From Candidatus Paceibacter sp. (GTDB lineage: Bacteria; Patescibacteriota; Patescibacteriia; Magasanikbacterales; UBA922): a stretch of DNA of 64,000 nucleotides. The stretch spans positions 20,015 to 84,014 of the forward strand of contig DYFM01000004.1 in NCBI GenBank assembly GCA_020725175.1, read 5' to 3'. This document shows positions 58,401 through 64,000 of this stretch, piece by piece (the stretch's first letter is position 1; every line of letters starts with the position of its first letter). The notes under the pieces are model-generated. The model had not been told where the DNA came from. It did no database searches and saw nothing but the letters and a program-made list of their open reading frames with translations. Made by a program: the position numbers and the translations under genes.

Positions 58401-60411
58401 TCTCTCTCCAAATACGCAGTACTCGATCACTCTACGCGCGCAAAACGGCAACAATATTCCAACCGCTTTTTCTGATACGACAAGTACGTATACGTTAGCG
58501 GAAATCCCAACTAGCTTGGCCACCTCTTCGGTCGCACAAACCAGTATCACACTCACCTGGAACGGCGGTTCTAATCCGGGGACAACGGTCTATACCCTTG
58601 CCACCGGTTTGGGGACTACGATTGCGACGACAACTGCCGAAACGTACACCTATTCCTCATTGACCTGTAACACAGAATACACCTTCAAAGTGAAAGCAAG
58701 TAATGCCGATGGTATTGATACCGATTGGTCTGATACTCTTACCCAAACCACCAGTGCCTGTGACGCTGAAGATCCGGGAGATGGGGGAGGGGATGATGGG
58801 GATAATGGTGGAAATGATGTCGGAAACAATGAACAACCCTCCAGTGGAGCGGCTCCACCACCATCTGTCTCAATTCCTCTGCCAATTTCACTATCTGTCA
58901 ATGGACAAACCGTCAATATCGATACCAGTGAACAAACCACGACCGGTGGTGATTTATTGGTAGAAGCAGATATCATTGAAGCCAAACTCAAACCAAAGAC
59001 TGGCTTCAAATTGCCAATTCAAAATCAAACGCACACGGTTCAACTGATTGACATTGCCGACAAAACTGCGATTCTTGAAGTTCGCTCCAAACCGGTTCGG
59101 GTGGCCTTGAAACAAAAACAAGAAGCAGTGGTTGATACCGATGAGGATCAGATTCCGGATCTCCATATTTATCTCAAAGACATCTCACTCTTTCAGTCCA
59201 AGGCAACTGCGGTTGTTACGAATCTTCACAAGTTGCCGATTTCTCTCAACAACAATCTTTCTGAAACAATGAGTAGAGACATTCTTGTTCGACTGATTGA
59301 GTTGCCAAAAGTAAGTCATGTCGCACTTTCTGAAGACAAAAACTTTACCGGTGTTTCGTACGTGCCATTTGAGCGTTTGCGAGGGTTTACGTTATCAAGT
59401 GGTTATGGCAAAAAAACCGTTTATGTCAAATTTCGCACGTCTCAAGGCGCAGAGGCTGTCACTGCCGCAAGCATCACTCTCGTTAAAGGTACAGAACTGG
59501 ATCAGCGTACCGCATGTCCGCTCACTCCACAATTAGCGTACAAGACAGCAAACCACCCGGCCGTCTACTACATCACAGAAACCTGCACCAAACGTCCATT
59601 TAGTCGCTCGGATGTGTTCTTTACCTATTTCACCAACTGGAACCAGGTTAAGATTATCGATGACAAAACACTTCAATCTATACCAACAGATACCCTTGGT
59701 TTTATGCCATGGGGACCACTCTATGATCCGCAGTACGGGGCTTTGGTGAAAACTGTTACTGATCCAAAAGTCTATCTTCTATTGGGAAATGAAAAATATT
59801 GGATTACTGATGAGAAGGTCTTTAATGCTCTCAACTACCAATGGAACTGGATTGAAGATGTGGATCAACGTCTCCTTGATGCATATGTTATTGGCTCAGA
59901 AATCAACTATACCGATCGTCATCCGAACTATACTCTCATCAAGTACCAACATAGTCCAAAGGTTTATCGATTAGAACCCTCATCCGAGGGGGCACAAATC
60001 AAACGTCATATCAGCAATGAAGCAGCCTTCATCTCACTCAATTTCCGTTTTGATAGAATTGTCACGATTCCGGAGACAGAAACATATCCTGACGGAGAAC
60101 CGTTGCAGGGAACAAGCGGGTCGTTGCAAATGGTTTATACTTCGAAACTACGAAATAGCGAAACAGCGAAACAATCGCAGAATTCTTCTTCATACCAATT
60201 TACCAAAACGTTGCAACTAGGGGATTATGATCCGGACGTGATTGAACTTCAAACCAAACTCAAAGAACTTGGATACTTCCATCATCTCCACATTACCGAC
60301 TACTTTGGTCCAGTTACTGAAGAAGCTGTGAAAGCCTTTCAACGAGATCGCGGTCTTGATCCAATTGGAATTGTTGGTCCGGGGACGAGAGGTGTGCTGA
60401 ATGATTTGTAA
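46411..60411 (+). CDS. Giant (~4,666-aa) secreted surface protein: four Gly-rich repeats, Ig-like repeats, LamG, ~18 FN3 domains and a C-terminal peptidoglycan-binding domain
   Basis: N-terminal signal/TM; repeated GSGGG...GGDGGG...GGSGGS...GGGGRIAI units; LVAHYDFD...F.GLIDEISIFNRIL (LamG); LSW...GLTPNT.Y.F.V.A.N..G (FN3); LQLGD...V.ELQ..L..LGY......YFGPVT..AVKAFQ...GL...GIVGP.TR (PG_binding_1). Confidence 0.9.
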   Translation: MGKIIKRHWHKTLLLVLLVSVAGFFGLFGSRYGFKTDVVKADSRTITCNGTSRTLTVGAYTDAAGTTFESGSDLILDQGSGACTFTLNGTVSLASLNVGSGVTLTHSDNTTAQTYTLVLNVTGDVTVSGSIDVSGKGFSPGYGSGAGMNYSAGNMSGAAYGGYGGSGGWSSSYTKAVSYGSALAPAEIGSGGGNGYAATTGGDGGGHVKITATNLTVSGSILANGNSGTISGGYGGSGGSGGSVYLLVSSTVNLTGATLTANGGNGANGTVNNTSADGGAGGGGRIAIVNYASYSAPTTLSVYGGTAYLNAQDGGAGSIYIKENGTNGTLTYDNNSSADSIGSRITDSANYTIDELVLKNGTSLTIPSGVTINSSQSTFNNTGTNTLTLVGIFNLTNTEFTFPSNLTFSASGNASIGTSITSSTIAGTVTFTYGMTQNLSSLSTVRVASGGTLFLSSYTTSNALTIDTLTVEGTLTHTDNTTAQTHIINVVASDVTVSGSINVNARGFAGGATGSHGSGNVNGYGIGYSNGNSGGAAYGGYGGAGGYNGGANGKATAYGDALAPTDLGSGGGGGYNSAGGDGGGTIKITATNLTVTGSIVANGETGKTTGTYGGGGGSGGSIYLVVSSTVDFTGATITANGGNGGDGSGNDTSANAGAGGGGRIAIVNYSSYTAPTTLTAYGGIGPTNASDGGAGSIYIKQTGTNGILTYDNAVSVDGTGSIITASANYTIDELVLKNGAALTLPSGATITSNQTTFNNIGTPNPTFVISGTFNPGNTSFIFPSSFTTTFGSTGVLSTVTSSTLQGTAGWTYGFTHSLSNLTIDSGSTVTLSSFTTSNALSIATIIINGTLTHTDNTTAQTHVINLSATDLTIGASGSISGNAKGYTGSSAGTVGNGTGGGTYAGGAGGASHGGVGGAGTNSSQKAAYGSASLPVTIGSGGGGGSGWGGGDGGGYVKVLVSNLTLAGSISVNGAGGTSNGSYSGGGGSGGGVYLNISGSFSGAGSISADGGDGGGGSASYDGGGGGGGRIAIVPLEGSLSYTGTITVDAGVGPDAAQDGGTGTIYILPNSSFTLDASYTSAAWPGTISGTSTDHDVSVAQVDLKIQRFSDSYYWNGSDWTASETWVTSTGTSTWSYSFSGGNMTDGTYTVTSRATDSDGEVEAVLTSDSFTFSSIASAPPVAGVPAYASQASDGSGYVTITAEVSDPNFDSLKLRVDYSDNGGINWYDPDLVSVSASVGTNPDLDDANVYQIGTVSNISTASSNTLSIVWNTKSASNGNGAIAGRQTDIMVRVLPNDIIGEGDGTYATSTAFTVDNSAPSGPGTASASFSGLNASIFWTAVTEDEFSRYEIWYGTSQSDVEGRTGAAQPYTTSSDPNLSSTSTINVTISSLSLGQIYYFQVFAFDAYGNYSTSTVVSGTVPGTPPTVSTPTLTQQLSDGTGYITFTTQVHDTDTEDLSLRVEFSEDGSAWRKAYIVTSSVNYGTSTIFNVNTNQISVDRLRANNGSLYSDLVAHYDFDTDTSTLADITGNGYNGFWSTGAASLTIGRYDSAGDFGAQYVQVNTPILNDPPFSVCLWAKPDSLSPSSNDYIIANGAHTSAKGFSLYYNTSGWNWVVKNISYSKTQVLSASSGWSFLCGTWDGTDTAGAVKFYINGSENSTTAVGGGSSVSQDLRIGEASDATGYRFEGLIDEISIFNRILSSDDVLELMNAPYPSGSTTTLTIVWDPTSASNEGGALTGEQSDIQVRVRANDSLQNGEYVTSSEFSVDVQAPTGLANLAVTATSTNGTVDLSWSVTSDTNFNRYEIWYGSSSSDVSSRSGSATRWTTSSDSNLSSGATTSSTLTGLPGGTLYYSVFAIDDYGNTATTTQVSATIVRDFVSTQTGNWNVGTTWGGACSSSCTAGTDFPTSTDTVVVTSTHVVTIPASTSASFNSLNIRGTATVKMVGNIGTGTDITIENGATLQQENTSLQTISGTLTVENGGTFTHTAQTDTSSSGGWTTLSNIHFSADTILINSGGAITASQKGFAGSPAATNASDLAAQGYGPAGGYKASGGASHAGTGGASSWSGGAQNTTYCTKTLPATMGSGGSAAQGTSPNGDGGDGGGLIQLYANQITVTGSILSLGGDGTAGSASGSGGGSGGGVFVSTTVISGSGTISVNGGNGYSYGNFNGGGGGAGCVSIIGTEGSLSGFSGSINKTGGVGPGAAGDGGAGTLYIRPDSSITSLTTSSYTNFSWSGTISGTSTDHDDSVSNVHLRIQRGSDSQYWDGSTWTASETWVTSTGNTSWSYDIAAGNFTDGVSYTISSRATDSESEVESVYDTATFSFSTEANTAPTATALSVSQIASSTARGIVYATTTVSDSNLQDTSLYIDYSLDNGVNWTSSTIDVFSISGQTNGYSTSTGQISGIDSSAGEKTVTFIWYAYTDAGAIDISSAQLRVTPNDGTVNGSIQTSASFNLDTNPPSGLGSFTVSSYTSEQVHLTWASTTDTNFDHYEIWYGTNQNDVQNRQNTAIEWDTTDDADLAIAGTASTTITGLTPDTYYFKIFAIDSYYNESTVADINTTNSNTAPTSTISVQPSQTTNGTQTISFTATIQDTDATQTSMIVEHSTDGSSWTSSTILSVTPDFGSVTTSIGQITLIDTDLADNNTVSLAVTLSASVNFPNTSDDTVYIRLTPQDSYANGSSLTSSAFIVDTINPTTPGSFTVSTSTTSTITFTYGSASTEDHFSQYKVYYTQASSGVTINDTEISSSTVSALGSRTFNGETTFTLASLSPNLPYTITIKAFDSYGNVSSLATETTAYTNPTIPISLAVSSLNETTLQLSWNANSNPSGSIYYLAYSDNTFIATTTATSTNVTIETPGQEYTFKVRTQYANSTTTYSDYSATASGSTTINPPNAPTGVTPASVSTSTLTLSWTDTNSYEDNYFVYLDTTEGESDTLVTTTASNVTSTAISGLTPNTTYYFTVVASNTAGTATSTQSSTTTISLSPDAPTDLTVTNIQSTSLTLSWTDNTSGTNAEDNFIVKYGTSTGSYSTTATTTQANTTSSTVTGLTPNTEYFFVVLATNEAGTATSTEFSTTTLDSAPTAPTNLTVSNKSTSTLTLSWDDNANNETSQTVLYDTDNNSFNNSSSQSANTTSTSITGLTPNTQYYFKVRSTNAGGSNDSTVTTTYTTANAPTILSITAVSYDRISLSWNANTNPSGTVYEVTRVNGEDILLATTTETSYTVTGLDVETTYTFKVRAINADGSGYSNYSDPEAEATTSIDPPTAASGLSFSSVASSSLVISWTDNSTGSAEETSFSVKYGTASGTYSNTATTTAANVTSSTVTGLSPSTTYYFVVIASNSSGSTTSTQASTSTVIYAPAAPSGVTILSTTADTLSLSWTDNSSGDTQEADFLIEYGTDGVSFPSSTTVAANETTALLTSLTPNSTYYVRVTARNSAGSATSDSVSSATSIGLPPKPSSLTFSAVSTSSLTITWTDNSSGDYQEASFTVAYTTDGSTYTTATTTAPDTTSASVDSLTPNTTYVFKVTATNASGSGISDTETTTTLPLAPAAASGLSVASTTPSSVTLTWTDNTGSTDNEEYFTIEYGTDGVSFNNSLIAIKDTTSRTVSGLSPSTTYYFRIAANNSAGSSTSDVVSATTNVGAPMVPGSLTAVSVTTSTVSLTWVDNSSGENEEDNFIVKYGTDGVNYGTTATTTGQHVQAATVTGLTPGLRYYFIVEARNTTDAAVSQDVIVTMLPNAPGAPTLESASATSIQLSFAANGNNAEVDYAIYNETTGKYINTVSNEPSLSAGWQTAAQWGSPITVSGLAPNTSHVFKVRARNANGDFSEYSATSSLYTLAATPTRLSASVASATSITVSWNANSNPSGTVYEIYDYTNTTVLTTTTETSYSLTGLGINTGYRFQVRAEHAGSPGTYSDYTSPPSTLLYTLATAPNPAVVSSVSTSSFTILFSDSDTNPSHTKYAIRIGDSQYLQADGSLSASTLYQTETVWNSPSYVGLSPNTQYSITLRAQNGNNIPTAFSDTTSTYTLAEIPTSLATSSVAQTSITLTWNGGSNPGTTVYTLATGLGTTIATTTAETYTYSSLTCNTEYTFKVKASNADGIDTDWSDTLTQTTSACDAEDPGDGGGDDGDNGGNDVGNNEQPSSGAAPPPSVSIPLPISLSVNGQTVNIDTSEQTTTGGDLLVEADIIEAKLKPKTGFKLPIQNQTHTVQLIDIADKTAILEVRSKPVRVALKQKQEAVVDTDEDQIPDLHIYLKDISLFQSKATAVVTNLHKLPISLNNNLSETMSRDILVRLIELPKVSHVALSEDKNFTGVSYVPFERLRGFTLSSGYGKKTVYVKFRTSQGAEAVTAASITLVKGTELDQRTACPLTPQLAYKTANHPAVYYITETCTKRPFSRSDVFFTYFTNWNQVKIIDDKTLQSIPTDTLGFMPWGPLYDPQYGALVKTVTDPKVYLLLGNEKYWITDEKVFNALNYQWNWIEDVDQRLLDAYVIGSEINYTDRHPNYTLIKYQHSPKVYRLEPSSEGAQIKRHISNEAAFISLNFRFDRIVTIPETETYPDGEPLQGTSGSLQMVYTSKLRNSETAKQSQNSSSYQFTKTLQLGDYDPDVIELQTKLKELGYFHHLHITDYFGPVTEEAVKAFQRDRGLDPIGIVGPGTRGVLNDL

Positions 60412-60464
60412 AAAATGTACCTCATGTCTTCAGATTATAGTAACAACACTATAAACATATTTCT

Positions 60465-60650
60465 ATGAATGAAGATAAATTGACTTTGTCAGTAGTACAA
60501 TTACCAGAAGACATGAGTGAGGTAAAAAAGACGACGGTGATAAAAGACAAATTATCAGAGCAAACTTCAAAAATTTATGATACTTTAGATGAAATTTTAA
60601 AAGTAGTAAAAGATACTAAACAAGAAATGGTCATCATGAGACCGGCATGA
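60465..60650 (+). CDS. Small hypothetical protein or gene remnant
   Basis: 61-aa helical ORF with ATG; IYDTLDEILKVVKDTKQE. Confidence 0.4.
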   Translation: MNEDKLTLSVVQLPEDMSEVKKTTVIKDKLSEQTSKIYDTLDEILKVVKDTKQEMVIMRPA

Positions 60651-60765
60651 ATAAAAGCAAAACAAAACAGACACACATGAAAAAGATACTCAAAGGATAA
60701 ACCCCACGTCGAAATTCATGATAAAATTCATCTCAAAACCGTCGTTTCGCAGGCGGTTTTGTATT

Positions 60766-60794
60766 TTGACAACACCCAATTTCAAAGGTATACT
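60766..60794 (+). promoter_or_regulatory. Near-consensus sigma70 promoter of the PAS-sigma gene
   Basis: TTGACA-17 bp-TATACT, preceded by a terminator-like hairpin at about 60735-60760. Confidence 0.75.
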
Positions 60795-60842
60795 GAAACT
60801 TCACAGACTATAGTTTTTCCAGCCTTTCAAGCATTTTCTCAC

Positions 60843-61913
60843 ATGTTCAACAATTTCTCTGGCACCATCATCATTACCGACCCAAACGCGGTGATTCTCT
60901 ATGCCAATCCGTCGGTAGAAGAACGGACCGGTTTTTCGGTTGCGCAAGCAGTAGGAAAACGACCGGGAGAATTGTGGGGTGGACACATGCTGCGAGAGTT
61001 TTATGATCGGATGTGGCAGACGATACGTGAGGAAAAACGCCCGTTTGTTGGTGAAGTAAAAAATAAGCGCACAGACGGTACGTTTCGGCGTATGGGGCTC
61101 CATATCGCACCGATTATCAATCGTCGAAATGAGGCAGAATACTATATCGCTATTCATCCGGCAGTGACAACTGACGTGGAAGAACGACAATTTCAACAGG
61201 AGTTTGCTGAGGTATTTGCACCATGGCATGTTTCTACTTCTTCGGAAACAATTGCTTGGTTGGCGCGTTGGACCAAAGGCGAAGCCAAATTGACGCTTGA
61301 CGAAGGAGGTGTACTCCACAAAACACATCTGGTTGATATGGTCTCCTTTTTTCGTACGGAACTCATCAACCCGATTGCCGAAAAGTTTCAAGAGCGAAAG
61401 GCTGATGCAGAATTGGTACGATTGGCACAAGAAAAACCAAGCAAGTTCCATTTGTTATATGAAAAGTATCAGGCATCAGTTGAACAGTATTTTTTGCGCC
61501 GGTTAGGAGGGGATGTTATGTTGGCGGAAGAGTGTACACAAGAAACGTTTATTCGTGCGTTTCGATTTTTACCGCAGTATCATATTACCAATGCTTCGTA
61601 CCAAACTTACCTTATGCGTATTGCTCACAATTTACTAGTAAGTCATTATCGCAAACAAGCTCCACTGTCTCTTGAAGAGCAAGAAGGAACATTGGTCAGC
61701 GAAGATAATTATGAGGGTATTTTTGACCAAGAAGAATTGCGACAATTATTAGAAACTGTTTCGGATGTTGAACGAGATATCTTAACGATGAAATACATTG
61801 ATGAATTATCTATTCGTGACATTGCCGTAACCCTCGGAAAAACAGAAAATGCCGTGAAACTTATGTTGTCGAGAACAAGGAAAAAATTGAGAAATAGGGA
61901 AATAACGAAATAG
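60843..61913 (+). CDS. PAS domain fused to an ECF-type sigma-70 factor
   Basis: IIITDPNAVILYANP..E..TGFS...AVGK.P.....G.....FY..MW.TI (PAS); LYEKY...AEECTQETFIRAF...YLMRIAHN (sigma region 2); LSIRDIA..LGKTENAVK..LSR.R (region 4). Confidence 0.88.
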   Translation: MFNNFSGTIIITDPNAVILYANPSVEERTGFSVAQAVGKRPGELWGGHMLREFYDRMWQTIREEKRPFVGEVKNKRTDGTFRRMGLHIAPIINRRNEAEYYIAIHPAVTTDVEERQFQQEFAEVFAPWHVSTSSETIAWLARWTKGEAKLTLDEGGVLHKTHLVDMVSFFRTELINPIAEKFQERKADAELVRLAQEKPSKFHLLYEKYQASVEQYFLRRLGGDVMLAEECTQETFIRAFRFLPQYHITNASYQTYLMRIAHNLLVSHYRKQAPLSLEEQEGTLVSEDNYEGIFDQEELRQLLETVSDVERDILTMKYIDELSIRDIAVTLGKTENAVKLMLSRTRKKLRNREITK

Positions 61914-62214
61914 GGAAATAACGAAATGTGTTTCCCTCTATCAGGGGGACGCAAGGGGGTCGTTCAGAGGTAGAGTGTTTGGAACTTGGATAGTGCTTTT
62001 ATGTTAGCCCTTTGCTAGCTAACTAAGGAATAACAGACGACCCAAGGGGAGTGTGTTGGAATGTACAATACACACTAAATAATAACTTTAAACACAAAGA
62101 GAGAAAATAAATTGTCAAAAACAGTAGATCTGAACAGCTATGGTTGATTGAAATAGGTGAAAAATGTGATTTCTTAATCAGTAAAATAGCAAACGCCAGA
62201 TTTTCCCAAAAACA

Positions 62215-62250
62215 AAAAACCGTATCTGCAAGAACCAGTACGGTTTTTTT
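62215..62250. terminator. Bidirectional terminator-like hairpin
   Basis: aaaaaccgta ... tacggttttttt. Confidence 0.5.
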
Positions 62251-62350
62251 ATTTCCACGTTTCGCCCTTCGGTAGGCTCAGGGCTCATCAGTCCCGATCA
62301 TCAATCGGAAGACGTGGTCCCCGGCGCGAGCGCTGGGGAGCACGCCGGGG

Positions 62351-62485
62351 CTAACGCATCAGGTGTCCGATGCATGAGCCCACCCCTCCCGCCACCGCCA
62401 GAGCAAACAGCTGCTCTGGCGTGTGGCCCAGGAACAGGCCCATGGCGGCGCAGGTCAGCGCCGCCACGATGTAGGACTCCGTCAT
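62351..62485 (-). CDS. Small GC-rich hydrophobic peptide (44 aa)
   Basis: MTESYIVAALTCAAMGLFLGHTPEQLFALAVAGGVGSCIGHLMR; most third positions G/C; CCCCGGCG/CGCCGGGG stem directly after the stop codon. Confidence 0.5.
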   Translation of the reverse strand: MTESYIVAALTCAAMGLFLGHTPEQLFALAVAGGVGSCIGHLMR

Positions 62486-62677
62486 AAAAAAACCCCATCA
62501 AACACCTGCACCACGCAGATGTGAGGGGTCCTCCTACAAAAAAACTACCAGAGAGAGAGAGTTAAAAGTCAATAATAAATCGCTCTACAACCACCTTGTT
62601 CCTTGCCACTTACCTCTGACACCTTTTCCCTATTTCTGCGTTTATTAATATAGAGTACCCGCCCTGGGCGGAAAAAG

Positions 62678-62808
62678 TAAAACAACAAAACAATAAAACA
62701 ATAAAGCAATTTAGCAATGTGACAATATAACAATCAAACATTTTATACATTAGTTCAATTCAATGAGCCTTCGAAGCCTTGTAAGCTTCGGGGACCTCGT
62801 AAGCCTTT
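62678..62808. repeat. 8-bp (AACAATAA-like) and 9-bp (AAGCCTTNN) degenerate arrays upstream of nrdD
   Basis: aacaacaa aacaataa aacaataa agcaattt agcaatgt gacaatat aacaatc; gagccttcg aagccttgt aagcttcgg ggacctcgt aagcctttc. Confidence 0.7.
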
Positions 62809-62813
62809 CAACT

Positions 62814-64000
62814 ATGCCTATCTACAAAATTCAAAAACGTAACGGCACTATCGTCAACTTTGAATTGAGTAAAATTGAACATGCGGTGCGGCAAGCAGCG
62901 AAGTCGGTCAATCAATTGGACGAGGGAATCCCTCCTACGGTAGCCAAGGAGGTGTTGGTTCAACTTGAAGATTTGTATCAAGACACAATTCCAACCGTAG
63001 AACAAGTGCAGGATGTGGTGGAGGAAGCATTGATCAAATTTGATTACGCGGAAATTGCCAAGGCATATATTTTGTATCGTCAAAAACGTAATGAAGTCCG
63101 TGAAGAAAAAAGTGTGGTGGTAGAAGTGGGAAAAACCATTGATGAATATCTTGGGCACCTAGATTGGCGCATTAACGAAAATGCAAATATTGGGTATTCT
63201 ATCGGGGGGTTGATTTTAAAAAATTCCGAAAAAATTGTCGCCAACTATTGGTTGAGTCACATTTATCCAAAGGCTGTAGGTGAAGCGCACCGAAACGGGG
63301 ATTACCACATTCATGATCTCGGTATGTTTACCGGGTACTGTGCCGGTTGGAGTCTGCGGGCACTTCTTGAAGAAGGATTCAATGGTGTGCAAGATAAAGT
63401 AGAGTCCGGCCCACCAAAGCATTTGAGTTCGGCCGTGGCACAAATGGTAAATTTTCTGGGTACCCTCCAAAATGAATGGGCAGGCGCACAAGCATTCTCC
63501 AGTTTTGACACGTATTTGGCACCCTATGTAAAAAAATACGAAATGGAACTTGAGCAAGAAATCGACGAACACGGGATGCAGTTTTTAACAGAAGAAGCGA
63601 AGCAGTTGTATATTGACGAAAAGACGTATCAGTATGTGTTTCAAAATATGCAGTCGTTTGTGTTCAACTTAAATATTCCATCTCGCTGGGGAACACAAAC
63701 ACCATTTACCAATATTACGCTTGACTTGCAATGTCCGGAAGATTTGAAAGATAAACGGTTGTTGCTTGGAGGAAAACCATTTGAGTTTACGTATGATCAA
63801 TTGCAAAAAGAAATGAACATGATCAACCGGGCGTATATTGAAGTGATGAGCCAAGGTGATTCCAAAGGACGTACGTTTACTTTTCCTAGTCCGACGTACG
63901 ACATTACCAAAGATTTTGATTGGGATAATCCAGCCTATGAGCCATTATTTGAAATGACGGCCAAATACGGTACCCCATACTTTCAAAATTTTGTGAACTC
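62814..64000 (+). CDS. nrdD: Anaerobic (class III) ribonucleoside-triphosphate reductase with N-terminal ATP cone, partial
   Basis: Not in the ORF track because it runs off the window: MPIYKIQKRNG...VEQVQDVVEEAL..AKAYILYR (ATP cone), DWRINENAN, HIHDL, YCAGWS, QNEWAGAQA, RWGTQTPFTN, FTFP. Confidence 0.92.
   Translation, partial: MPIYKIQKRNGTIVNFELSKIEHAVRQAAKSVNQLDEGIPPTVAKEVLVQLEDLYQDTIPTVEQVQDVVEEALIKFDYAEIAKAYILYRQKRNEVREEKSVVVEVGKTIDEYLGHLDWRINENANIGYSIGGLILKNSEKIVANYWLSHIYPKAVGEAHRNGDYHIHDLGMFTGYCAGWSLRALLEEGFNGVQDKVESGPPKHLSSAVAQMVNFLGTLQNEWAGAQAFSSFDTYLAPYVKKYEMELEQEIDEHGMQFLTEEAKQLYIDEKTYQYVFQNMQSFVFNLNIPSRWGTQTPFTNITLDLQCPEDLKDKRLLLGGKPFEFTYDQLQKEMNMINRAYIEVMSQGDSKGRTFTFPSPTYDITKDFDWDNPAYEPLFEMTAKYGTPYFQNFVN

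Noticed and set aside
46914-60220. Many 60-160-aa alternative-frame ORFs inside the giant gene
   Set aside because: Expected by-products of Gly/Ser/Thr-biased codons; they have no independent signals
62301-62501. 66-aa ORF-track translation (MMGFFYDGV...)
   Set aside because: The alternative frame 62485-62351 has the G/C third-position bias and a coherent hydrophobic peptide, so this frame looks like a shadow
62560-62813. NrdR boxes or a riboswitch upstream of nrdD
   Set aside because: No convincing tandem NrdR palindrome or riboswitch core motif is visible; the region is mostly micro-repeats

Overview
A 64-kb chromosomal window from a small-genome bacterium using genetic code 11. The gene set, the AT-rich starts lacking Shine-Dalgarno sites and the giant surface protein suggest CPR/Patescibacteria, possibly ABY1/Magasanikbacteria-like (inference). 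Housekeeping genes include rlmD-like, iscS/nifS, rlmN, a U32 peptidase with a ferredoxin, prmC, prfA, rpmE, secG, rnj, trpS, a partial nrdD, tRNA-Ser(CGA) and tRNA-Leu(CAG). Accessory genes include ABC transporters, two AAA_14/DUF4143 ATPases (one frameshifted), a Ddl-like ATP-grasp/GNAT pair, a GH1, a large secreted GH-A glycosidase, an AbiEii-type TA pair, a ~4,670-aa Gly-rich/LamG/FN3/PG-binding surface protein and a PAS-ECF sigma fusion. The most unusual signal is non-coding. Several families of short repeats (degenerate 7/8/9-bp tandem arrays, REP-like hairpins and 19-bp palindromes nested inside each other up to five deep) fill the intergenic spaces. The tandem-array and hairpin families also occur in frame inside conserved genes: four insertions in prmC, a hairpin doublet in rlmN, arrays in iscS, the giant protein and the sigma factor, and a hairpin at the GH1 end. 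No transposase, integrase or CRISPR array is visible in the window. All family calls come from motif recognition by eye, not from database searches.
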